DNA from: an uncultured Christensenellaceae bacterium
GTDB lineage: Bacteria; Bacillota; Clostridia; Christensenellales; Borkfalkiaceae
Assembly: GCA_910587825.1 (NCBI GenBank)
Contig: CAJUNJ010000006.1
Coordinates: 34,732 to 98,731 of the forward strand
DNA: 64,000 nt
Direction of reading: 5' to 3'
Positions 54,007 through 64,000 of the stretch are shown here, one piece after another; position 1 is the stretch's first letter; each line of letters starts with the position of its first letter. The position numbers were made by a program, and so were the translations under genes. The notes under the pieces are model-generated. The model saw only the letters and a list, made by a program, of their open reading frames with translations. It searched no databases and was not told the DNA's origin.

Positions 54007-55281
54007 TTATATATTTTTAATCATAAGTCTTATTATTTCTTCGTCGGTTTCCCGCATACCTATACGCGCAAGGTCGCCCACGTTTTCAATGGTGTTTTCA
54101 ACACCGCTTTCAAGTATACCGTCCCCGCCGTAGAACTGGTTTCCACGCCTGTACATTTCCATACCCGTAAGCCCCGCGTCTACTGCGGAAGCAATCTTTG
54201 CCGCACAGCTTGATTTTGCCCCGTCGCAGATAAGACCGGAATCTATCGCAAGGGCGTTGACAATCGTATGCGCAATATCTTCGTATCCGCCGCCGTAGAG
54301 GTAACTTACCGCCGCGCCCGCGCCTGCGCCCGCGCTTACAGCCCCGCAGTATGCCGAAAGTCTGCCTATTCCTGTTTTCAAATGCACGGTGATAAGGTCG
54401 GAAAGCGCAACCGCCCGTATAGTCTTTTCGCGCGAAGCGTTGAGATGCTTTGCGTATACCACAACGGGCAGGGAAGCCGTCATACCCTGATTTCCGCTTC
54501 CCGACACTATTACGACGGGCAATGAACAGCCGTTCATTCTCGCGTCGGAACCGGCCGCGGCAGTCGCCTTGGCACGGTTGTGCACTCCGTCGCCGAACGC
54601 CGAAAGCAACACTTTGCCGAGATTTGCGCCGTAATCGTTTTTAAGACCCTCCTCGGCAATGGCAGTGTTGTATTCAATCTGTCTTGAAATTATTTCTTCT
54701 ATATCGTTTATGTTTACCGTATCTGCAAATTCGACGATGTCCCTGACGTTTAAAATGCTTCTGTCGGTAAGCTTTCCGTCGCCTATGTAAGTCCGGCTGT
54801 TATGTAAGATGCTTTCGCCGTTTTTAGTAATTTCAACTACGTTTGTGTGATAGCCTTCTATACGTACGAACGCATTGTCGTCTCCGTTTGAAACTTTAAC
54901 GCCTATATCGAACACGCACCCGTTTTGCGCGTGGGTAACCTTGAAAGAAGCCGAATCTAAATACTGCTTTATTTTTACAAAGTCGTCTTCTGTAACTTCG
55001 GAAAGTACTTGCAATTTTTTGTCGGCTTTGCCTGCGGCAATTCCCGCAGCGGCGGCGGCGCACACGCCTTTAAGCCCGCCCGTGTTGGGAACGATTACGC
55101 TTTTTACGTTTTTAAGTATGTTGCCGCTTACGCTTATCTCCACGCTTTCGGGCAGACGACCCAAAACCTGCCGTGCAAGCGCGGCGGCGTAGGCAAGCGA
55201 AATAGGTTCGGTACAGCCCATTGCCGGCAGAAGCTCTTCGTTCAAAATATCGATGTATCCTTTGTAAATGCGCGCGTCCAT
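54007..55281 (-). CDS. UPF0597/YhaM-CdsB family protein (L-cysteine desulfidase-like; serine dehydratase alpha-related)
   Basis: The N-terminal LLPAMGCTEPISLAYAAALA is characteristic of the family, and the protein is 424 aa long. Confidence 0.75.
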   Translation of the reverse strand: MDARIYKGYIDILNEELLPAMGCTEPISLAYAAALARQVLGRLPESVEISVSGNILKNVKSVIVPNTGGLKGVCAAAAAGIAAGKADKKLQVLSEVTEDDFVKIKQYLDSASFKVTHAQNGCVFDIGVKVSNGDDNAFVRIEGYHTNVVEITKNGESILHNSRTYIGDGKLTDRSILNVRDIVEFADTVNINDIEEIISRQIEYNTAIAEEGLKNDYGANLGKVLLSAFGDGVHNRAKATAAAGSDARMNGCSLPVVIVSGSGNQGMTASLPVVVYAKHLNASREKTIRAVALSDLITVHLKTGIGRLSAYCGAVSAGAGAGAAVSYLYGGGYEDIAHTIVNALAIDSGLICDGAKSSCAAKIASAVDAGLTGMEMYRRGNQFYGGDGILESGVENTIENVGDLARIGMRETDEEIIRLMIKNI

Positions 55282-55395
55282 ATATCAAGAATAGCCTTTT
55301 ATTACCTGCTTGTCAAGCAAATAAAACACTTGACTGCAAACGCCTGTTTTTGTTATAATATCCTTATAATTATAAACATATTGGAGGAGCGGTAT

Positions 55396-56199
55396 ATGAA
55401 CGAAAAGACCGGAAAAATCGTGCGTCTTTCATACGGTTCTGCGCTCTCATTGATGACGGTAATAACGGGCGTGCTGTTTATATGGCAGGTGCTTGCCGAT
55501 TACTTTACCGTAAACGCCGACGGTTTCCGTTTCGACCAGGCAGGGCTTTTGGCGCGTTTTACGCGTATTTCGCCCGCTTTCTGGATATGGGTCGTAATGA
55601 TAATTGCGGGGTTCGTCGTCTGGGAAGTATTCCCCGTCACGCTTAAAAGAAGCGCGTACAACGACCCGCGTTATACCCTTAAACGGCTGAAAAAGAAATT
55701 TCCCGCGTCGGTAAGCCAAGATATGCAGGAGGGCTTTACCTACGTAAAAAAACAGGAAAAGCTTATCAACATACTTTGGCTGTGCTGTATGGCGGTGGGG
55801 CTTGCGGGAATAATCTATACGGTGGTATACCTTGCAATCCCTTCGCACTTCACCGTTCCGGACAACGCCACGCACGAGGTTATAAACGCCGCAAAGAACA
55901 TACTGCCCTGGGCGTTCGTCACGTTTGCGTTTGCGTGCGGTATAACCTTTTACGAGGGAGTATCGGCTAAAAGCTGTCTTGAATACGCAAGAAAGATTGC
56001 CGCAGGCAACAAGGCGGTTGAACCCGCCCGCGGAAAATTTTACGCAATTATTCATCATAAATACTTTATTCCCGCCGTCAGAATAGGCGTGGGGTGCATT
56101 GCCGTTGCGTTTATAATAACGGGCGCGTTTAACGGAAATATGACGAATATTTTGGATAAAGCCGTAAAAATCTGTTCGGAGTGTATAGGTCTTGGTTAA
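55396..56199 (+). CDS. membrane protein ending in a CxxC motif (CSEC)
   Basis: The ATG at 55396 sits behind GGAGGAGC. The annotated upstream extension from 55009 runs antisense through the cysteine desulfidase gene. The protein has about 5 TMs. The last 8 residues (KICSECIGLG) overlap the start of the next gene. Confidence 0.6.
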   Translation: MNEKTGKIVRLSYGSALSLMTVITGVLFIWQVLADYFTVNADGFRFDQAGLLARFTRISPAFWIWVVMIIAGFVVWEVFPVTLKRSAYNDPRYTLKRLKKKFPASVSQDMQEGFTYVKKQEKLINILWLCCMAVGLAGIIYTVVYLAIPSHFTVPDNATHEVINAAKNILPWAFVTFAFACGITFYEGVSAKSCLEYARKIAAGNKAVEPARGKFYAIIHHKYFIPAVRIGVGCIAVAFIITGAFNGNMTNILDKAVKICSECIGLG

Positions 56200-57862
56200 G
56201 GTTAAACATTTTTTTATAAGGGTCGGTCTGTGGTTTAAAAATCATGCGCCGACAAAACGGCGGCTTATTCAGATATACGCCGCATTGCTGTACAACGCAA
56301 ACATAAGGGGTTTTGTAACAGGTTCTATTTATCAGGGCGCGACCAAAAACGCCTGCGTCCCCGGGCTTAACTGTTATTCCTGCCCAGGTGCGGTAGGTGC
56401 GTGCCCGTTGGGTGCATTGCAGGACTCGCTTGCGCATTCGGACACTACCGCGCCCTTCTACATACTGGGTATACTCGGACTGTTCGGGCTTATCTGCGCA
56501 AGGACGATATGCGGTTTTCTCTGCCCCGTAGGGCTCGGGCAGGAGCTTTTATATAAGATAAAGACTCCCAAGCTTAAAAAAAGCAGGTACACGCGTCTGT
56601 TGTCATATCTCAAATATATTTTGCTTGTCGTAATGGTAATAGCCATACCGCTTTTATATCACGGCATACCCGCTTTCTGCAAATACATATGCCCCGCGGG
56701 CACGTTCGGCGGAGCGGGCGGGCTTCTTTCAAACCCCAACAACGGAAATTTGGGCAACAGCGGAGAAGACCTGTTCGACCAGTTGGGTTATCTGTTTACC
56801 TGGAAATTTGCTCTTTTAATCGGCTTTATAGTCGCAAGCATATTCATTTACCGCTTTTTCTGCCGTTTCTTCTGTCCGCTTGGTGCAATTTACGGCTTTT
56901 TCAACAAAATTGCGCTTATAGGCGTCAAGCTTGACGATAAGAAATGCGTGGACTGCGGAATGTGCATACAGACCTGTAAAATGGATATAAGGCACGTGGG
57001 CGACCACGAATGTATCAACTGCGGAGAATGTATCCCCGTTTGTCCGACAAAGGCGATAAGCTGGAAGGGCAGCAGGCTTGTGCTTGCAGGTATAGACACT
57101 TCGGTTATAGACGAAAAGCCTTTAAAGCCTATGGCTGTGACGGCGGTAAATTCTTCGGTCGGTGCTTCGATAAATTCTTCGGAAGCGCAACCGTCAGAGG
57201 GGGGCGCAGACGTTACGCCGTCGCCCGACGGGCGCGAAGAGAGGGTAAAGGCGGTTGAAAGCAAGATAAAAAAACGCAGCTTCTGGCTTCAATTTGCGGC
57301 TTGGGCGGTTGCACTTACGGTTCTTCTTACAGCGCTTATCTGTTACAACTTCGTCGGTGTAAAAGCAGACGGAAAGAACGACGTCTATAAGGTCGGAGAT
57401 ACCGCACCAGATTTCACGTTCGGAACGGTTTACGACACGGCGGGAGCAAGGCTTGAAGACGGAAGTTTGACTGAAAATATCAAGCTTTCGGACTTCGGGG
57501 GTAAGGCGGTAGTGCTTAACTTCTGGTACACGACCTGCGACCCCTGCAAGGCTGAGCTTCCCGATTTCTACGAAGCGCAGAAGACTTACGGCGACGACGT
57601 GGCAATAATAGTGGTACACGTAATTAACAGCGTCGACGACGCGGGCGTACAGGCCGAAATAGACAGACAGGGCTGGAACGATTGGGAATTAATCTTCACC
57701 CACGACACCGAAGAGGCGAAGATATTCAATTCTTTGGGCGGAAAGTCAACCTGTCCGAGAACGGTTATAATGGATTCCGACAGAAAAATAACATTTACCT
57801 ACACGGGCAAAATAGCAAACGACAGGCTTAACGAAGAGATAGTAAAGGCAATAGGTAAATAA
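56192..57862 (+). CDS. fusion of a NapH/polyferredoxin-type membrane 4Fe-4S protein with a C-terminal TlpA/ResA-like thioredoxin domain
   Basis: It has NCYSCPGAVGACPLGALQ, CGFLCP, CKYICPAG and CRFFCPLG membrane Cys motifs. Two ferredoxin clusters follow (CVDCGMCIQTC and CINCGECIPVCP). After a linker and one TM comes VVLNFWYTTCDPCKAELPDF (CxxC). Confidence 0.75.
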   Translation: MVKVKHFFIRVGLWFKNHAPTKRRLIQIYAALLYNANIRGFVTGSIYQGATKNACVPGLNCYSCPGAVGACPLGALQDSLAHSDTTAPFYILGILGLFGLICARTICGFLCPVGLGQELLYKIKTPKLKKSRYTRLLSYLKYILLVVMVIAIPLLYHGIPAFCKYICPAGTFGGAGGLLSNPNNGNLGNSGEDLFDQLGYLFTWKFALLIGFIVASIFIYRFFCRFFCPLGAIYGFFNKIALIGVKLDDKKCVDCGMCIQTCKMDIRHVGDHECINCGECIPVCPTKAISWKGSRLVLAGIDTSVIDEKPLKPMAVTAVNSSVGASINSSEAQPSEGGADVTPSPDGREERVKAVESKIKKRSFWLQFAAWAVALTVLLTALICYNFVGVKADGKNDVYKVGDTAPDFTFGTVYDTAGARLEDGSLTENIKLSDFGGKAVVLNFWYTTCDPCKAELPDFYEAQKTYGDDVAIIVVHVINSVDDAGVQAEIDRQGWNDWELIFTHDTEEAKIFNSLGGKSTCPRTVIMDSDRKITFTYTGKIANDRLNEEIVKAIGK

Positions 57863-57874
57863 CATAACATACAA

Positions 57875-57905
57875 AACGGACTTTCCGAAATTCGGAAAGT
57901 CCGTT
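57875..57905. terminator. bidirectional terminator
   Basis: AACGGACTTTCCGAA-a-TTCGGAAAGTCCGTT followed by TTT. Confidence 0.75.
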
Positions 57906-57920
57906 TTAAAGTTTTTAAAA

Positions 57921-58358
57921 TCAGTTTTGGGGAGCGGCTACGTCTTTAAGCACAAGCTTAACGTTGGGCTTTGACTTTGATACCGTAACTTCCTGCGTGG
58001 TCTCCATTACGGTTCCGTTCAACTGCATAACGTGCAGAACGTAACTTTCGGGAGTGGTAGTTATGCTGTCTATTTCTGCGACCCATTCTTCGATGGTGGC
58101 AATAGCAATAGTGAATTTACCGTTTGCGTCTATTTTGAGTGCGGTTTCGAAATCCATAGGCATATAGCACGCGCCGCCGTCAACGCAGACCTGAATTAAG
58201 TAGGGGTTTTTCGTTCCGTCGACAACTGTCGTTCCGTCCGAATAGTACACGGTTGCCGTAAATTCCTTTGCGTTATTGCAGGCGGATGCAAACACCGTCA
58301 TACATATTGCGGAAAGCGCGATAAGCGTTAATACCGCAAGGCGTTTAAAAGCTTTCAT
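57921..58358 (-). CDS. small lipoprotein, unknown function
   Basis: The start is placed at MKAFKRLAVLTLIALSAICMTVFASAC, behind GGAGG. The longer ORF start at 58403 lacks an RBS. Confidence 0.55.
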   Translation of the reverse strand: MKAFKRLAVLTLIALSAICMTVFASACNNAKEFTATVYYSDGTTVVDGTKNPYLIQVCVDGGACYMPMDFETALKIDANGKFTIAIATIEEWVAEIDSITTTPESYVLHVMQLNGTVMETTQEVTVSKSKPNVKLVLKDVAAPQN

Positions 58359-58433
58359 TAATATAAATCCTCCGTTAATTAAGTTATATCCATTATAGTA
58401 CAATAAAGATAATTATGCAAGAAATTTGCCGTT

Positions 58434-58463
58434 AAAAAAGTCTTCCCGTGGGAAGACTTTTTT
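58434..58463 (-). terminator. hairpin downstream of the 960-aa lipoprotein gene
   Basis: AAAAAAGTCTTCCC-gtg-GGAAGACTTTTTT. Confidence 0.7.
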
Positions 58464-58474
58464 AACTTTTTGTT

Positions 58475-61357
58475 TTAAATTCTTGCCGTGCCGTAATATT
58501 CGTAATATCCCGCAAACATCATCCAGGGACGGGCATTCAGTGTTTCGTTTCTGAACAGATACTTCTGAATAAGGTTTATAAGCTCTTCGCTTGCTTCCGT
58601 AAAGCCGTACAGCTCTTCTTCTTTGTCCTTGCCCGCAATAGATTTTTGATAATATTCAAGCATCTTGGCTTTGTCCTCGCCGTCGCCGAAACTTCCGCCG
58701 TTAATCATTTCGAGAAGCGTGCGACCGTTGTGGTTATAGAAGTTCTCACGGATAAAATCGATATATATTACAGAACCGTATTCGGGGCTTGACGCAGTTC
58801 CGACGTTATGGTAGTAAATACCGTTTACGGGGTTAAGCGCCGCGTTAATCGAAATATAGTACTGGTTATCGGGGTTATCGATATCCCACGTCCACATACC
58901 GTCGCCGCGGGTTGCAACGCGCAATATGCTTGCTCCCTCGCCGTAGTAAGAAATGTTCATTTCGTACTTGCTTACTCTGCCGGGAAGCCTTGTAGAGGCG
59001 TGGATATAATAGGTCTGACCTGCCGTCATTTCAACGAGCATATATACGTTGTCGACATTGGTGAAAATATGCGAATAGCGGTGGTCGTTTGTTCCTTCGG
59101 CTATCTGGCGCATATTGGAATTTCTTATTACGATATCGGGTTCTACGTTTTCATCTTCGTGGGTAGTGGTGAAGAGGTAAACGCCCGTTTTGGAAGGTGT
59201 GAACTTATATTTAAGTCCGCCGCCCGCTTCTTCGTCGGTTGCGATATTGTTCATCGTACTCGTAATATTTACGGTGGTATTGCCTTCCGTCGCCGTTAAG
59301 GGGTGGTCGTAGCTCATACCGATTACGGGGTTGTAGGAATCCGCGCAGATATGTCCGTCGGGTTTTGCGCCGTGGTGTCTGAAATAGTAACAGAATTCAA
59401 GCCACTGGTCTTCGTACCATTCGTCTTTCAAATCGAACTTGTCGTAAGCCTGTTTGGTAAATTCTATCATAACGTTTTTCAGTTCCTCGGTAACGGGTAC
59501 GTATCCGTTATAACTTCCGTCGGGGTTGACAGAGAAGTTTTGCAGATAGTAATTTTTGATTATATACGACTGCGGGTCGAACGGAATATACGTATATTCG
59601 CTCGTCTTATCGCGCATAAACCAGTATGAAAGCTGGTAAAGCGAAGCTTCGTATCTTCTCGTGCTGTTCTCTTCGGGACTGTTGAAGCTTATGTCGCCGT
59701 AATGCATTGTCGTCCAGGAGGTTACTTCCAGTATATCTGCATAGAGTATCGAACTCCGTTCTGCGCCCGTGTTGTCGGTATAGTGGTAGACGTAATAGTT
59801 GTTCGCGCTGTCGTATGTCAGGTCGGGATTGTATCTGTTGTTCGCGTCCAGTTCTTCGTTTTCGTTTACGGCATAAGGCAGGTCAATGGTATCCATACTC
59901 TGCGTTGCGTCGTAAACAGAAATATTATCTATATAGACAGGCGCGTTGACCGCTACGCCCGACGACTTGACGTAGGTAAACGCAAGCGTTAACGATACTC
60001 TGCGGTTTGCGATATAGAAGCCGCTGTAAGTCTGCCATCCGTTGCTGTTTTCGGAGAAGCGCTGTATAATTTCGCCGTCAATCATCAGGTACATAATGTT
60101 TCTGCTTGCTTTGGTGTCGGTAAAGTAATCGAACGAAAGTCCGTCGCCCGCTTGCAGATTTACGGTTGCGTAGAAAATTGAATAGGTGTAGTCGACCGAA
60201 TTGTGCGAAGGCATAATAACCGTTCTGCCGTCTACCGTCCCCGTTACCCAGGGCCAAGCGTTTTCGTCTACGGTGTCGCCGTAGTAGTCTATAATTTTAT
60301 TTTCCGCGCCTTCGCCCGTTATAGCCTGTGCTACGGTTTCGAAATCCGGCATTTCAAGACCGTCCGTAGGCTTTGCCCATTCGAAGTCGGTTACGTCGCC
60401 GGAAGTTATATCGTCCTGCGAATAGTCGTCGCTTGTATATTTTTCAAACAGAGCTTTCCAGTAAGCGACACTGTCGTCCGTACCGGAACTGATATAAGCG
60501 ACTACGCCGTATCTGTCTACAATGACGGTGGTGGGATAAGACTGAACGTTGAACAGCCTGTAAATTGCCGGCGTCTTTATGTCGGGATAAGCGGCGTCGG
60601 GTACGTCCAGCCCAATAGGGAAGGAAAAACTCGTGCTCGGGCTGTCGTTGTAGTCAAGCACCGACTTCATAGAAGGGTTAAGGTAACTTGCCAACGCGAA
60701 TATTTCTATGTCGTTTGCGTAAGAATTGTAAGCTTCTTCTATTGCGGGAAATTCTGCTCTGCAAGGTCCGCAATCGGGACCCCAGAAGTTAATCATTACG
60801 GCTTTCTTATTTGCAAGAGTTTCCGCAAGATTGTGTTCTATATACGTTTCCTTTATTTTGCCGTCTTCTATAATGTTGTCGCCGTTATCGTCCTTTTCCC
60901 TTATAACTTCGGTAAAAGTAAAGTCATACATAGCGCTGCCCAGCCTGTACCGTGTGCCTGCGGGTGCGCTTTCGTCGACGATAAGCTGCGAAGTAAGCGT
61001 TATTTTTGCGTTTGGCTCGGTCGCGCTTGTCGCAAATATTGCGCCATCGGGTACCGAAAAGCCTGCGGGCAGGCTGCTTTCGACGACTTTAAGTTCGTAA
61101 ACGTCGGGTTTAAGTTTAAATTGGATTCTGCCGTTTACGGAAATGAGGTTGTTGGTCTGGGGCTGTCCGTCTTTTATAACCTGTATTTCGACGTCGTTGA
61201 CGTTAAGTCCGCCCTGCGATACGACCGATACAACGTAATCTCCGCTGAATGGACCGCCGGGTTTGAAATTCGGACCGCAAGCCGCAATTCCGAAGCTTAA
61301 ACATATAAGAAAGCAGACGGAAAATACGGTTAACAGAATTTTTCTTGTTTTAGTCAC
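58475..61357 (-). CDS. 960-aa lipoprotein with thioredoxin-like (TlpA-type, CGPC) domain and large unassigned C-terminal region
   Basis: The lipobox is SFGIAAC. It has a carboxypeptidase-regulatory-like beta-sandwich N-terminus and MINFWGPDCGPCRAEFPAIEEAY around 60765-60790. Confidence 0.7.
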   Translation of the reverse strand: MTKTRKILLTVFSVCFLICLSFGIAACGPNFKPGGPFSGDYVVSVVSQGGLNVNDVEIQVIKDGQPQTNNLISVNGRIQFKLKPDVYELKVVESSLPAGFSVPDGAIFATSATEPNAKITLTSQLIVDESAPAGTRYRLGSAMYDFTFTEVIREKDDNGDNIIEDGKIKETYIEHNLAETLANKKAVMINFWGPDCGPCRAEFPAIEEAYNSYANDIEIFALASYLNPSMKSVLDYNDSPSTSFSFPIGLDVPDAAYPDIKTPAIYRLFNVQSYPTTVIVDRYGVVAYISSGTDDSVAYWKALFEKYTSDDYSQDDITSGDVTDFEWAKPTDGLEMPDFETVAQAITGEGAENKIIDYYGDTVDENAWPWVTGTVDGRTVIMPSHNSVDYTYSIFYATVNLQAGDGLSFDYFTDTKASRNIMYLMIDGEIIQRFSENSNGWQTYSGFYIANRRVSLTLAFTYVKSSGVAVNAPVYIDNISVYDATQSMDTIDLPYAVNENEELDANNRYNPDLTYDSANNYYVYHYTDNTGAERSSILYADILEVTSWTTMHYGDISFNSPEENSTRRYEASLYQLSYWFMRDKTSEYTYIPFDPQSYIIKNYYLQNFSVNPDGSYNGYVPVTEELKNVMIEFTKQAYDKFDLKDEWYEDQWLEFCYYFRHHGAKPDGHICADSYNPVIGMSYDHPLTATEGNTTVNITSTMNNIATDEEAGGGLKYKFTPSKTGVYLFTTTHEDENVEPDIVIRNSNMRQIAEGTNDHRYSHIFTNVDNVYMLVEMTAGQTYYIHASTRLPGRVSKYEMNISYYGEGASILRVATRGDGMWTWDIDNPDNQYYISINAALNPVNGIYYHNVGTASSPEYGSVIYIDFIRENFYNHNGRTLLEMINGGSFGDGEDKAKMLEYYQKSIAGKDKEEELYGFTEASEELINLIQKYLFRNETLNARPWMMFAGYYEYYGTARI

Positions 61358-61671
61358 TGTTTTTTATCTCCTATGCGTTATTTTTATCGTATGATACTTT
61401 TCCATATTATCATAATAAGGACTTTAAGGCAAGTAAATTAGCCTAAATTTACTTCCGTTATTTATAAATTATAGTTATAGTGCCTATATATGCGGCTTTT
61501 ATGCGTGTTTTTTAAAAGTTTATGCAAAAAATTGCATAATTTCAGTTGACCGAACATAAGCCGTCAGCGGCTTTTTTATAATTTTGCAAAAAATATGTGA
61601 TTTTTTTGTTTAAGGCGGTAACGAAAGTTTTATATTAATAATGTAGAAAAAAAGATAACAAAGAGAATGTA

Positions 61672-64000
<2,329 letters not shown>

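Noticed and set aside
55009-55395. The N-terminal 129 codons of ORF 55009-56199.
   Set aside because: This part runs antisense through the 5' end of the cysteine desulfidase gene and its promoter region. A good RBS (GGAGGAGC) precedes the ATG at 55396, where the hydrophobic protein begins.
61380-61671. A CIRCE or CtsR operator upstream of grpE.
   Set aside because: Reading both strands, I found no TTAGCACTC/GAGTGCTAA-like arms or tandem GGTCAAA repeats. Only the unrelated TATGCAA/TTGCATA palindrome is reported, as a low-interest finding.

Overview
This is a chromosomal segment from a Gram-positive-style genome, probably Bacillota/Clostridia-like. That guess rests on GGAGG ribosome-binding sites, TTGACA/TATAAT promoters, lipoprotein signal peptides and a grpE-dnaK pair; the taxon cannot be fixed from the sequence alone. 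From left to right the window holds five blocks. (1) 1-7.4 kb: the 3' part of a large RHS/YD-repeat polymorphic toxin gene with its immunity gene. It is followed by four orphan rhs C-terminal cassettes, each with a putative immunity gene, and all four restart at exactly the same core nucleotide. (2) 7.5-9.9 kb: a membrane-anchored surface protein with five tandem ~100-aa repeats, plus a small coiled-coil gene. (3) 10.0-25.2 kb: an AT-rich ~15-kb island inserted in tRNA-Gln(CUG) and bounded by ~105-bp direct repeats. It carries a tyrosine integrase, phage/plasmid gene debris, a structured non-coding region, a Fic gene and one 10-kb operon. That operon is a complete type I R-M system (hsdM-hsdS-hsdR) interleaved with a GIY-YIG/DUF4357 nuclease, a 431-aa HEPN-like protein, a TIR-like (Cap12/pycTIR-type) protein sitting exactly between hsdS and hsdR, and a membrane-anchored DUF2971 protein. 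I consider this operon the best candidate for an undescribed, R-M-guarded multi-effector defence module. (4) 25.2-33 kb: core-type genes. These are a decayed XRE gene, a DUF3737-like protein, a MATE transporter, a ZIP transporter, membrane proteins, two zinc-ribbon membrane proteins under an XRE regulator with three spaced palindromic operators, and tRNA-Ser(GCU). (5) 33.5-53.9 kb: a co-directional surface/nutrition block. It contains a GLUG-motif lipoprotein, a 2366-aa S8 cell-envelope proteinase fused to BspA-type leucine-rich repeats, another lipoprotein and an Opp/Dpp-type ABC importer with an 891-aa binding protein and an OppF fused to a ~370-aa polytopic membrane domain. The window ends with a YhaM/CdsB-type cysteine desulfidase, a polyferredoxin-thioredoxin fusion cluster, grpE and the 5' part of dnaK. 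I saw no rRNA genes, CRISPR arrays or cas genes. All family assignments come from motif recognition by eye; no database search was possible.
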